DNA of 64,000 nt, from contig OZ244616.1 of the NCBI GenBank assembly GCA_965218285.1, positions 5,960,270-6,024,269 of the forward strand, given 5' to 3'. A program made the position numbers and the translations under genes. Origin of the DNA: Candidatus Poribacteria bacterium. GTDB taxonomy: Bacteria > Poribacteria > WGA-4E > WGA-3G. The notes beneath the pieces are model-generated. The model saw only the letters and a list, made by a program, of their open reading frames with translations. It had not been told where the DNA came from and did no database searches. This document shows positions 54,961-64,000 of the stretch, piece by piece. How positions within the stretch are numbered: position 1 is the stretch's first letter; every line of letters begins with the position of its first letter.

Positions 54961-55776
54961 CTATTCTACTACATCTTCAGTATTTTCAACCTTTTCAAAA
55001 GGTTCCGAAATCCACTTTTCAAATGCTGCAGCATCCGCAAAAAATGATCGCATCAAAGCAAATTCAACTGGGGTCGCAATAGCACACCGTAAATATCCCT
55101 CTTTTGCTCTGTTCCTATTCAGACGTTCACGCCATGCACTATGAAACACTTCGTTTTCCTCTATAATTAAGATAGAAATCATTGTCATCTTTACTACTTT
55201 GGAGGTCAACTCCGAAGTATCAGCCTCATCTCCAAACAAGGGTTCTACCAAATGTTCTTGTAGCAGTGCTTTAAACTCCTTGCTGTCATCATCAGCGTCT
55301 TTTCCTGTTTTGCTCCAATCACGAATTATGTAATAATAATTAACCCAGATTTCTTGTTCTGCAGGTTCTACCTCTATTCCCCAAAATTCCTTTATCTTTG
55401 GCCAGACAACGGTTCTATGCTTCGGTGTTGGCATTGTGGCGACATAGGATGGGAAATCAGCATAATCTTGTCCATCTTGTGTTTTGATATAAGTGAGGTA
55501 GGGTTCAGTTGACAAAATAACTTCTAAACTCTCTGGACTTTGAGCGATAGAAGTCTCACCTGCTTCTTCAAGAAGTTGGGATAGCAGTTTTTCCTGTTCT
55601 TCAGTTAGCGGTTCGTTGACAGATTGACTTAATGAATAGATATACTCTTCTTTCTGTTCTGTCATCTGCTGTATCTCTTGGAACATATTGACAATAAATG
55701 GCACTACGAACACTAATATAACAACGAGAAGCAGAACCCCTATTCCGACGAGAATTAGACAAGTAGGTTTTTTCAT
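54961..55776 (-). CDS. Membrane-anchored hypothetical protein
   Basis: N-terminal TM (CLILVGIGVLLLVVILVFVVPFIV). No family recognised. Confidence 0.5.
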   Translation of the reverse strand: MKKPTCLILVGIGVLLLVVILVFVVPFIVNMFQEIQQMTEQKEEYIYSLSQSVNEPLTEEQEKLLSQLLEEAGETSIAQSPESLEVILSTEPYLTYIKTQDGQDYADFPSYVATMPTPKHRTVVWPKIKEFWGIEVEPAEQEIWVNYYYIIRDWSKTGKDADDDSKEFKALLQEHLVEPLFGDEADTSELTSKVVKMTMISILIIEENEVFHSAWRERLNRNRAKEGYLRCAIATPVEFALMRSFFADAAAFEKWISEPFEKVENTEDVVE

Positions 55777-56092
55777 CCGATTTCTCCTTTTGTTTTTGTG
55801 CTATCGTAGCATTTTTTGAATTAGATTACAATGATTATTGTAATCACATAATCACACCAAAGAAATTCAATTTACACTTTAACCATAAAATGAATCAACG
55901 TCACGATTGTATAAAGATAAAAAAATAATTCGGTAATTCTATAACCATATCCGGTGCGGTTACAAACCGTACCTACCGGTCCTGGGGAAATCGAGATTAC
56001 CGAATTAAATACTTAAACTTCATTTAATCGTGACGTTGACTTCGTATTATAAACAAATTATACTTGCAACCGTATTTGCATGAATCCTATAC

Positions 56093-57913
56093 CTATTGCA
56101 TCTGCCCTGGGGCAAACAGCATTCCAAACTTCTCAATGATCTGCTTGAAATCCCCGAGACTAAGTAAGATGTTCGAATCAATTCCGTTGTTCTGCACTTT
56201 AGCAGAAAGACCGATACTATAATTATCTGGAAGCGTAGCAAATATACCTGAAACCATTGGCATTGATGCTGCACCATCCGGAACTAATTTTCCTATCAAT
56301 GGAAGGAAACTCTTAAGCCCGATAATCGGTGAAATAGCCAAAAAGATGTTGTTTTCAGTACCCAGACTATCAACAAGTTTCTGATAACTTGGGTTGCCAG
56401 AAAACTTATCACCTTTTCCTGATTTTCTATCCAACGCCATTTTAATTGGTTCAACACTTGTCCCCGTTGACCAAAAGAGCTGCCCATCTGTAAACGCGTA
56501 ATACCAATGCCATTCTGAAGGAATTAACTCAGAAAATCCCGGGACTAACTCCATTAATTCAGGCGACATCTCTTCACTATCCATTCCTAAATTGGGAAAG
56601 ATGTAGTTTTTGATTTCAATGCCGTTGTGCATTATAGGTGTCCCCGCGTAAGCATCTTTATATTTGAGTTTTTTCAGAAACTCTCCATCCATATAGGACT
56701 TGGCACTTTGTTCATCATTCAGTTCATAGACAAACAAATAATCGGGTAAGATGAAGTTCTCAAAATTGACAGATAAACTCCACTTGTCCGCCAATGACTC
56801 ATAAAAGGCTTTCACCTCTTGGAAAAAAGGATCCGACTGTTTCTGTTCTACTGATATATCTTTTAAAAGAGTTGCATACCAGAAAGTGCTGATGTCACCT
56901 AACAGTCTTGGCACACCTTGAAACGTACCATTTATGATACTACGATTTGAGAGTTCCCCGATGTTAGGTAATTCGCTTGATGTTTCTTTAAGCCCTTTCA
57001 GGAATTCGCTATCGGTTTTAAATTTCAGGAAAGGTTTGAGTTGCAGATCGGTTTCCTGCACCTTTAGCGTTGCACTCACAAATGTTAACTGCTCAATCAG
57101 TTCTGTCCACGAGTTAATCGCATTATCAAAAACAGACATATCTGTCATTGATAATGGCTCTGCCTCGCCTTCAAGAATTTCTGTCATTGATTCCAACCCT
57201 TCTTTCACTGAACCACCGAAGGATACGCTGATAGCTTCAATGTCAAAATAAATTCCCAACTGGTCTGTTCCTTTCAAAATATCGGTTAAGAACATACCGT
57301 AATCAGGGTTATGTGTGATTGCTTGTTTCGTGCCGTTTCGTGTATCAATCACGTTTTTACAGACGTCAGGCTGTTGTGAGAAAACGAGAATATTATCCAA
57401 TATAGCGAAGTTACCGCTTCCATCAGTAGTACTCCAGTAAGTTTCCCCATTGTATTCTGTGGGAGGACTCCCTTTGGCTTCATCTACGATTACCTGTTTT
57501 ATTGCCTCATAGTCTGTTATATGCACAGTTGCTGAGATCAGCATTGGTTTCAAGCTGGTAGAGAATATTGCAAAATCTTTGTTTAAATCAAGTCCAATCT
57601 TTTTCAATTCATCTAAACTCTGAAATCCTGCTCCGAACGCACGCGCCAAAATTTTTGTGAGCAACTCTGATTGTCCCATTTGCGGCATTAGATCTGATGC
57701 CATCATGTTAATCCTGTTATTTAATTCACTTAAACTGGGGCAATAAATGAGTCCTAAGGATTCTTGTGGGATTAGATTTAGAACACTATCATCGGGAACA
57801 ACCATCGGTGTTGCATCAGATTCTGCTATAGCATTTACCATAAAAACGTTGAATAACATCATAATCAGGAATGCTAACGTTATGAAAGGGTTGGAAAAAC
57901 ATCTTTTTATCAT
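56093..57913 (-). CDS. Secreted hypothetical protein (606 aa)
   Basis: Signal-like N-terminus (FITLAFLIMMLFNVFMVNAIA). No family recognised with confidence. Confidence 0.55.
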   Translation of the reverse strand: MIKRCFSNPFITLAFLIMMLFNVFMVNAIAESDATPMVVPDDSVLNLIPQESLGLIYCPSLSELNNRINMMASDLMPQMGQSELLTKILARAFGAGFQSLDELKKIGLDLNKDFAIFSTSLKPMLISATVHITDYEAIKQVIVDEAKGSPPTEYNGETYWSTTDGSGNFAILDNILVFSQQPDVCKNVIDTRNGTKQAITHNPDYGMFLTDILKGTDQLGIYFDIEAISVSFGGSVKEGLESMTEILEGEAEPLSMTDMSVFDNAINSWTELIEQLTFVSATLKVQETDLQLKPFLKFKTDSEFLKGLKETSSELPNIGELSNRSIINGTFQGVPRLLGDISTFWYATLLKDISVEQKQSDPFFQEVKAFYESLADKWSLSVNFENFILPDYLFVYELNDEQSAKSYMDGEFLKKLKYKDAYAGTPIMHNGIEIKNYIFPNLGMDSEEMSPELMELVPGFSELIPSEWHWYYAFTDGQLFWSTGTSVEPIKMALDRKSGKGDKFSGNPSYQKLVDSLGTENNIFLAISPIIGLKSFLPLIGKLVPDGAASMPMVSGIFATLPDNYSIGLSAKVQNNGIDSNILLSLGDFKQIIEKFGMLFAPGQMQ

Positions 57914-57930
57914 TTTAATTCTCCTTATTA

Positions 57931-58220
57931 TACCAAATTAACGGGATTCGTCCTATTTTCCGGACGGTAGGTGCGGTTTTGCGGTGTACTCACCCAAATG
58001 CGATCTGCATTCCTAACCGCACCTTTTTGTATCAACATCTCAAATAACGCAAAGGACGAGAATATCAGCGTTCGTAGTCGCGCAATTCATTGCGCCTCTT
58101 TTCTTTGAATATAAGAGGCGCAATGAATTGCGCGACTACAAACGAGTTCTTTCCTTAAATTGACGCCTATGGTGCGGTTTCCTAACCGCACCGATAGATT
58201 GGAATCAAGTTAATTTGGTA
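57931..58220. repeat. Composite IS630-type MITE carrying a REP doublet and aggtgcggt hairpins
   Basis: taccaaattaacgggattcgtcc ... REP/inverted REP (58073-58143) ... ggtgcggtttcctaaccgcacc ... caagttaatttggta. Same module as 9016-9285. Confidence 0.65.
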
Positions 58221-58363
58221 TTAGGTATAATCCACTGTTTGATCTTTAGCGGTAAAGGTAACGTGAGATATTTTTGAGAAGGTGCTTTTGTTCTCAATTC
58301 AGAAAACCACGTCTATATAATAGCACGAGCTTCAAAATGTTTCAAGGGTAAACTCGCTGTTAC

Positions 58364-58485
58364 CAGGGCTATTTAGTTCTCCGAATATTTAGATTTTCAA
58401 TCTAAGACTTTCCCCTGTCCGAGCGATCTCCGAATCGCGACTTTTCGGCTAAAATGGACAAAAAGTCTAAAACTAAATAACCCTG
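58364..58485. mobile_element. 122-bp MITE (family A) with 9-bp target duplication cgctgttac
   Basis: cagggctatttagtt ... aactaaataaccctg. cgctgttac on both flanks. Confidence 0.8.
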
Positions 58486-58620
58486 CGCTGTTACCTTGTC
58501 AGTTTTCAACAGATGCAGCGTCCTCGCCTCAGTGCCGTGAAGAGAGAATACATCTCTGATAGCAGTGAGAAAGCGAGGTTAGAACACTGCTCTCAGAAAA
58601 TCAGGGTAATTGCGTATAAA

Positions 58621-61143
58621 TCATCTATTTTCTTTTTTAAGTGGTATGTGAAATATCCCAAGGTCATGAGTAACAATGTAAAACTTATCGTTGTGAATAG
58701 TAAACTTGCGAACTTGATCTGGAACAACTGGTGAGATAAGATCCCATTCATCACTATTTTCTAAACGATATATTCCTTCTTTGCTCACACCATAAAGTTG
58801 TTTACCATCAACAGCAAAAGTATCAATAACAACTTGTCTCCCCACGCCATCTGTCAACACCCGCCACTCCTTACCGGATTCTGAAGTTAAAACGCCCTTG
58901 TTAGTGGCAACGTAAACCGTTGAACCTACAAACACTATCTCATTGAATCGGTTGAAGTGAATTGGTAGAATTGACGTAATGTCTTTCCAACTTTTTCCAC
59001 CATCAACCGAATGAAAGAGATGCCCATCGTTCCTCCCAACGTAGACAGTTTTCGCTGAAGCTGCTAAACTGAACCCTCTGTAATAAGAACCTTCACCAAT
59101 ATCTAATCCTGTATCTATCCACTCAAAATTCCCAGGGGTCCATCTAAATAGGTGGCGATTAAATGCCAAATAGAATGTCTCACTACTTACTGCCATTCCG
59201 ACTACTCGTGGAATGAGGTCTTCAATAAGACTGTTGACATCCTCCATTCCGACTACTCGTGGAATGAGGTCTTCAATAAGACTGTTGACATCCTCTTCTG
59301 GTTTTTTGTCTTGTTCACGGCTATCAGAAGGCGGATTAATGTCCACAAGATCTTTGCTCAATTCATTGGATGAGGAATCACCTCTAATTGTAGGAATTTC
59401 TTGTAAAGGAACTAACTCGCCGCCACCATCAGATAAACGACATAAGCGTATATTGTGAGCTCTATCACGGGCAATTGCATAGAAAGAATCGTCAGCAACC
59501 GTAAATATTGGAGGATAGAAATAATACCCTCTACCAGAATCAATACGTATAGGTGTCCAAGTTTCTCCTCCATCAGTTGAATAGACCATTTCACGTCCGG
59601 CTTGTGCATAGAGTCTGTTTTTGAATGCGGTTATATCCCGTATTTCGGTTCCTACGATACCTTTCATAAATCGATGCCAAGATTCACCACCATCGGTTGA
59701 ACGGTCAATTTGGAATGCCCCTTGTTTATATAAAATATTCTCGTCCACTGCTACACTTGGAGCATCGTTAAATAAATGTGAATCCCTGACCAAACCGAGA
59801 TTTGTCCATGTTTTTCCGCCATCTCTTGAACGGAAAGTTTGCATTCCAAATGCTAATACCGTCTCACCAGAAACCATTATGCTTATCTCGGATGCCGACT
59901 CTGGATGATTAGTATGTTTAGGCGTAATTTCCAACAAAGTATCTCCCAAGTCGTCTGATCGGAATACTTTCCATTGAATAACATTTTTGAGGCGAGGTCT
60001 TTCCTCTGTCAACATTTTTCGTAAGTCAGACGTGGTCATACGGTCGTAAGATGTTCCAACATAAAACGTGTTTTCAGAGACCCTCATAGAATCGACGGAT
60101 TTAATCGTATCTGCCTTCAACTGTTCCCAAACTTGCGACTTTAGATGGAAGAGTCCTTTATCCGTACCAACAAAAAGTGTGTTACCTATTGCACTCACAG
60201 AGGTAATTTTTCTGTTTTCCAACCCCGCGTTAAAGGGTTCCCACTGTTGACCGGGTTCTGAAGATCGAAAAATCCTATTATCAAGTGCAAGGTAAAATGC
60301 ATCCTTCGTTATTACCAATCCAACAGGGAATCCATTTGGACGGTAGGCAATGAAATTCCACGTAACACCGTCATCATTTGAAGAATAAATTTCACGAGGA
60401 CAGACGATATATAGTTTTCCATCCGATTCTGCCATAGGCATTTTAGAATAGTTTACTGTGGGTAAACTCGTGTTAATTTGTTTCCACCCACTCCGATCCT
60501 CAGTCATTCTGTAGACACCTGTTGAAGAGACCGTAAATAGTGTCCCTTTAGATGAAACAAATAGTTCTCTTACTTCCGTACTTCGTGGACCCATTGCCTG
60601 CGTCCATTGGTGTGTTACGACAGGAGCAATGGGTGAATTTTCCTCTGCATCAACGGCTAATACTGCATCAGAGTTTTGTTCCCCGTTACTACCATTTTTG
60701 CTAACGGAAATACCATTGCTGACCTGATGCTGTAAATCCGGTTTTGACTGGATATCAAGCATAACAGGAGCGTCAACGATCTCAATACTTGTTTCCGATT
60801 GTGCTTCAAGGTTATACGGTTTCTGGAAACGAGTTAGGTATTGGTTGCTGGCACCTAACAGTAAAATCATCAGAACTGCAGCTGAGCCTAAAGCAGCCCA
60901 CGGTATCAACGGTTTGCTGCTTGAAGCGGATGTGGGTTTTATGTTTTCCACCTGTTTCATAATGTTTTCGGTAAAGTTAGCAGGGAGTTGTACACTGCTG
61001 AGGGTTTCACGGATCATCGGTTCCTCCTTCTGTAATCGTTTTCGTGCGCGTCTTAGTCGACTTTTAATCGTATTTACGGATACACCTAAAAACTTGCTTA
61101 TTGCTTCGGATGTCATTTCACCGAGGTAGTGGAGCGTTACCAC
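58621..61143 (-). CDS. Sigma region-4 segment plus TM helix plus BNR/Ycf48-like beta-propeller repeats (downstream part of a frameshifted ECF sigma fusion)
   Basis: Begins inside sigma region 4 (VTLHYLGEMTSEAISKFLGVSVNTIKSRLRRARKRL), then TM (PWAALGSAAVLMILLLGA). Repeated D(G/D)G.(T/S)W motifs: DDGVTW, DGGKTW, DGGESW, DGGETW, DGGKSW. Confidence 0.7.
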   Translation of the reverse strand: MVTLHYLGEMTSEAISKFLGVSVNTIKSRLRRARKRLQKEEPMIRETLSSVQLPANFTENIMKQVENIKPTSASSSKPLIPWAALGSAAVLMILLLGASNQYLTRFQKPYNLEAQSETSIEIVDAPVMLDIQSKPDLQHQVSNGISVSKNGSNGEQNSDAVLAVDAEENSPIAPVVTHQWTQAMGPRSTEVRELFVSSKGTLFTVSSTGVYRMTEDRSGWKQINTSLPTVNYSKMPMAESDGKLYIVCPREIYSSNDDGVTWNFIAYRPNGFPVGLVITKDAFYLALDNRIFRSSEPGQQWEPFNAGLENRKITSVSAIGNTLFVGTDKGLFHLKSQVWEQLKADTIKSVDSMRVSENTFYVGTSYDRMTTSDLRKMLTEERPRLKNVIQWKVFRSDDLGDTLLEITPKHTNHPESASEISIMVSGETVLAFGMQTFRSRDGGKTWTNLGLVRDSHLFNDAPSVAVDENILYKQGAFQIDRSTDGGESWHRFMKGIVGTEIRDITAFKNRLYAQAGREMVYSTDGGETWTPIRIDSGRGYYFYPPIFTVADDSFYAIARDRAHNIRLCRLSDGGGELVPLQEIPTIRGDSSSNELSKDLVDINPPSDSREQDKKPEEDVNSLIEDLIPRVVGMEDVNSLIEDLIPRVVGMAVSSETFYLAFNRHLFRWTPGNFEWIDTGLDIGEGSYYRGFSLAASAKTVYVGRNDGHLFHSVDGGKSWKDITSILPIHFNRFNEIVFVGSTVYVATNKGVLTSESGKEWRVLTDGVGRQVVIDTFAVDGKQLYGVSKEGIYRLENSDEWDLISPVVPDQVRKFTIHNDKFYIVTHDLGIFHIPLKKENR
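59193..59294 (-). repeat. Perfect 51-bp tandem duplication inside the BNR-repeat gene (EDVNSLIEDLIPRVVGM x2)
   Basis: Unit ccattccgactactcgtggaatgaggtcttcaataagactgttgacatcct at 59193 and 59244. Confidence 0.9.
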
Positions 61144-61580
61144 CGTACGTTCGCTTTCTGGTAATTTATCAAGAAGCTTTTAACAAGCTCGCAGCGATGT
61201 TCAGCCGCCGTCTTCTCACGTTGTTCAGCTACATAACGTTCATAAGCGGTTTTCTCCAAGGTCCTCGTATTGGTGCCTTCTAACGATTGCATAGTTGGTT
61301 TCTTCCTTCTGTGCCAGTCCGTACACAGGTTACTGGCGATTACATAAAGCCATCCGGCAAACTGGTTCGGATTCTTTAGTGTAGCGAGTTTCTTGTATGC
61401 ATGGAGGAAGGCATCTTGTGCAATTTCTTCGGCGATCTGAAAATCCCCTATTTTCCGCCACGCGAGTGCGTGAACACTTTTTTGGTATTTTTGGACTAAA
61501 GAACTGAATGCTGTATCGTCACCAGACAAAATGCTTCGAATCAGTTCAACATCGTCTTTTTCCATCGGAGTCCTCCACAA
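61137..61580 (-). CDS. ECF sigma-70 factor, regions 2-3 (upstream part of the frameshifted gene)
   Basis: Region 2 motifs (FSSLVQKYQKSVHALAWRKIGD...AEEIAQDAFLHAYKKL, WLYVIASNLCTDWHRR). The ORF ends 40 nt after an A4 run where the region-4 frame opens. Confidence 0.75.
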   Translation of the reverse strand: MWRTPMEKDDVELIRSILSGDDTAFSSLVQKYQKSVHALAWRKIGDFQIAEEIAQDAFLHAYKKLATLKNPNQFAGWLYVIASNLCTDWHRRKKPTMQSLEGTNTRTLEKTAYERYVAEQREKTAAEHRCELVKSFLINYQKANVRW

Positions 61581-61712
61581 AAGATCGGTTTACGATTATT
61601 AGTGACGTAATTTTGAGGACAAAAAGGTGCATTATTTGAAAAAAATAGGGAAAGGGGCAGTAAAGCAAAATATAGTATAATTTATATCATACCATATTAA
61701 CTTGATTTGTAG

Positions 61713-61834
61713 CAGGGTCATTTAGTTTTCCGAATATTTAGATTTTCAATTTAAGACCCTCCGCTGTCCGAGCGATCTCCGAATCGCCACTTTTCGGATA
61801 AAATGGACAAAAAGCCTAAAACTAAATAACCCTG
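61713..61834. mobile_element. 122-bp MITE (family A) nested in a family C MITE
   Basis: cagggtcatttagtt ... aactaaataaccctg. Flanked by halves of an ataccatattaac-type MITE. Confidence 0.7.
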
Positions 61835-62022
61835 TCAATTTATACTAAATTAACGGGATTAGACGTCTTCGGATAAAGTCGGCATTGCAAGGCACGGGGA
61901 CCTCACACTACAAATCGGGGTAATTCGGTATAACACTAAATGTCTGTAAAATTTTTATTTCTCATTTTTCAAATTTTTGCTATAATGCGGTAGGTTGCAA
62001 GATCGACTTGCAAGTTTCGACT

Positions 62023-62115
62023 TATACCATATTAACGGGATTTGTAGCGCGAGGTCCCCGTGCCTCGCAACCGTGTCCTATATCAAAAGACTTCTAATCA
62101 CGTTAAGTTGGTATT
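62023..62115. mobile_element. IS630-derived MITE (family C)
   Basis: tataccatattaacgggatttgtagcgcgaggtccccgtgcctcgcaacc...cacgttaagttggtat. Confidence 0.7.
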
Positions 62116-62147
62116 ATACTCACACATAATAGGCAAGGAGGCTTGTT

Positions 62148-62609
62148 ATGATATTCAGAAAGAGAAAAAAAATGGCAGGATTGGTTCCGACAATTAGTTC
62201 CGGAGTTGCAGGTCCCCTCGGTGTGCTACATCTACCGCGGTTTTGGTCAAAAGTGTTGATGGATGCCAAGGGAGTCCTACATGAAGACTATCCTGCTTGC
62301 GGAATGGGTTACGATCAGATGGTGTTAGATGCGCTTAAACTTGATAAAGACGCAACGTTGGCATATATCAGCGACAACTCTCCCACCTACCCGCAATTTG
62401 AAACGTGGGTTTTGGAGCAGAGTGGCGGTAGTCTTGATGCTGACGCAGTTGCTGAGTTGAACGCTGCAATTAAGGGGTACGAACATGATGATGATACCCG
62501 TACAAGTGTTCTCGGTGCAAGTGGCATTGAAGACGATGGCACTATTTTAGATGCTGTCAACCTTAACAACCTTGATGATTGGTATGAACTTCACGCCAGT
62601 TTAGGTTAG
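62148..62609 (+). CDS. DUF5069-like protein
   Basis: LHLPRFWSKVLMDAKG.LHEDY...G.GYD pattern recalled for DUF5069. Strong AAGGAGG RBS before ATG 62148. Confidence 0.5.
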   Translation: MIFRKRKKMAGLVPTISSGVAGPLGVLHLPRFWSKVLMDAKGVLHEDYPACGMGYDQMVLDALKLDKDATLAYISDNSPTYPQFETWVLEQSGGSLDADAVAELNAAIKGYEHDDDTRTSVLGASGIEDDGTILDAVNLNNLDDWYELHASLG

Positions 62610-62615
62610 ATCTTT

Positions 62616-62669
62616 AGGCATCTCCATGTAGGACGCGATGAACACGTCTACATGAAGATGCCTATTTTG
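62616..62669. terminator. Bidirectional hairpin terminator between convergent genes
   Basis: aggcatctccatgtaggacg...cgtctacatgaagatgcct long stem followed by ATTTTGT. Confidence 0.6.
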
Positions 62670-62678
62670 TCTTCAGTC

Positions 62679-63737
62679 TTACTTGTCTGCTTCTGTCGTT
62701 AGCTCAATAGCACTACCCGTTTCAGAGGATTTGAGTCCTGCAAGCAGAATTTCAGTGACATGCCGCGCCGTGTAAACATTGGAGAGAGGCGGTTGTGTTC
62801 CTGCCCGAATGTGTTCGGCGAAATGAGCGTGCGTCCCACTCGGTGCAACATCGCTGCAGTCAATCGCTTTGGTATCAACGGGAGCACCCTCGCGGGTATA
62901 AGAAGTAGGTGTCCATTGCGTGAGTGCAGCACCGTCTTTACCGGGCATTGTAAACTTGCCAGCAGTGCCGTGGACACTTGATTCGCCTGTTCGCGCAGGA
63001 TCGCACCAGCTGGTTTCTGCTGTGACGATGCCGCCTGACTGCATCTCAAGCACCAGCGTTGCAACATCCTCTAATTCTGTCGGTTTGTCGAAAGTGGAAA
63101 CGATTCCTGTTACCCGTTTGAAAGTGCCAAGCATAGCGACGAGTCCGGAAACAGCATATACACCCATATCAAACAGCGCGCCAACGCTTGCTTGTTTAGC
63201 ATCAAAAAACCACAAATCGTCTCCCGTTTCGCCAAAAATATCTCGGATTTCAGCATAGTATATCTCGGGACCACCGTGGCTACTGCGCATTCTCGCTCCC
63301 GACACGCGTCCGATCGCATTCTCAGCAATAAGTTGGCGAATTTTATAGATAGTACCACCAAAGTGTGGAAGACACATTACAGTTTTGCCACTCGCTTCAG
63401 CGGCGTCGACAAATTGATTCGCTTCGTCCATATCGCCACAGAGCGGTTTTTGCATCAACACATGCTTACCTGCTTCCAATGCTTTAACGCCCCAAGGGAC
63501 ATGCAACGGATGTGGCGTACCAATAACGATAGCATCAAGTGTATCATCTGCGATAATCGCATCGTAATCTTGGGTCCAGCGCGGAATGTCGAATTCTTGA
63601 CACTGATGTTTAAGACGGTGTTCGCGTCTACCCCCAATAACAACGACTTCAAAATCGTTTCCTCTTGTCAAATCAGGGAGATGCATTCGGCAGACGATAC
63701 CACCAGCACCAATAACGCCAAGTTTTAGTTTATCCAT
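62679..63737 (-). CDS. Gfo/Idh/MocA family oxidoreductase
   Basis: LKLGVIGAGGI Rossmann motif and MQKPL (EKP-like) motif. ATG 63737 preferred over TTG 63758. Confidence 0.8.
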   Translation of the reverse strand: MDKLKLGVIGAGGIVCRMHLPDLTRGNDFEVVVIGGRREHRLKHQCQEFDIPRWTQDYDAIIADDTLDAIVIGTPHPLHVPWGVKALEAGKHVLMQKPLCGDMDEANQFVDAAEASGKTVMCLPHFGGTIYKIRQLIAENAIGRVSGARMRSSHGGPEIYYAEIRDIFGETGDDLWFFDAKQASVGALFDMGVYAVSGLVAMLGTFKRVTGIVSTFDKPTELEDVATLVLEMQSGGIVTAETSWCDPARTGESSVHGTAGKFTMPGKDGAALTQWTPTSYTREGAPVDTKAIDCSDVAPSGTHAHFAEHIRAGTQPPLSNVYTARHVTEILLAGLKSSETGSAIELTTEADK

Positions 63738-63758
63738 AGTTCTAATAAATTCCTTCAA

Positions 63759-64000
63759 ATGAAACAGCTAAGAAATACAGCACTTAAACACTTTTTAAGA
63801 CAGTCAGATTCTCCAGCGACTGATCTCGTTTTTGTTCTTCAAGATGTTGAAGATCCGGTTAATGTCGGGGCGACCTTCAGAATTGCCGATGCATGCGGTG
63901 TTCGCGAGATAGTGTTAGCCGGTATTAGCGCGCATCCACCGAACCCGACCATTGCAGGTATCGGGCGCGGCGCACATCGCCGAGTCCCATGGCACACAAC
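63759..64000 (+). CDS. TrmH/SpoU-family RNA 2'-O-methyltransferase, N-terminal part (runs off window)
   Basis: Translation MKQLRNTALKHFLRQSDSPATDLVFVLQDVEDPVNVGATFRIADACGV... contains SpoU motif 1 (L..V.DP.N.GA..R.A.A.G). Not in the supplied track because it is open-ended. Confidence 0.6.
   Translation, partial: MKQLRNTALKHFLRQSDSPATDLVFVLQDVEDPVNVGATFRIADACGVREIVLAGISAHPPNPTIAGIGRGAHRRVPWHT

Noticed and set aside
1-64000. Searched by eye for tRNA (T-loop GGTTCGAATCC-like), rRNA, group II intron/RT, retron, DGR and cas genes.
   Set aside because: None were recognised. A proper tRNAscan/Infernal run is still advisable, especially for tRNA-Sec elsewhere in the genome.

Overview
Bacterial chromosomal window, moderately AT-rich (GC not computed). 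The gene content (sulfatase-like, PhyH, ThuA, Gfo/Idh/MocA and TIM-barrel isomerase genes) suggests an uncultivated PVC/Poribacteria-like heterotroph, but taxonomy cannot be assigned from sequence alone.

Backbone: a conserved translation operon, rimP-nusA-ylxR-infB-(ylxP)-rbfA-nrnA-ribF (3.2-15.5 kb). It has been hit by several independent mobile-element insertions. Other housekeeping and metabolic genes are pyrF, argH, BatC/BatD-like genes, a GlmL-like gene, sugar-isomerase/oxidoreductase genes and a partial TrmH-like gene.

Accessory content:
1. The 3' end of a type III restriction Res gene, convergent with a TIR-domain protein that has an unrecognised C-terminal domain (0-2.8 kb).
2. A type I R-M locus (44.1-53.5 kb). 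Its HsdS is fused to an AlbA_2/HATPase_c_4-like N-terminal half, and four small uncharacterised ORFs plus mobile debris sit between hsdS and hsdM.
3. Three copies of an IS200/605-like IsrB (OMEGA nickase) element. Two carry broken isrB genes and one has no protein. All share a conserved omega-RNA-like 5' region and a TGATGA 3' flank.
4. A RAYT-like HUH/Y1 transposase flanked by REP arrays. The same REP is scattered or tandemly amplified throughout the window.
5. One intact and one degenerate IS630-like element, with a large derived MITE family.
6. A 122-bp MITE family with 9-bp target-site duplications and a transposase remnant, and an IS1595 element with an 8-bp duplication.
7. An exported tandem peroxiredoxin read through two in-frame TGA codons at the peroxidatic positions (double selenoprotein candidate).
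8. An ECF sigma factor apparently fused to a membrane/BNR-propeller protein but split by a 1-nt A-run frameshift.
9. Six near-consensus sigma70-like promoters stacked upstream of a 990-aa lamin-tail-domain protein.

No rRNA, tRNA or genuine CRISPR array was recognised. All calls rest on reading the sequence and ORF translations. No database search was run, and repeat boundaries are good to a few bp only.
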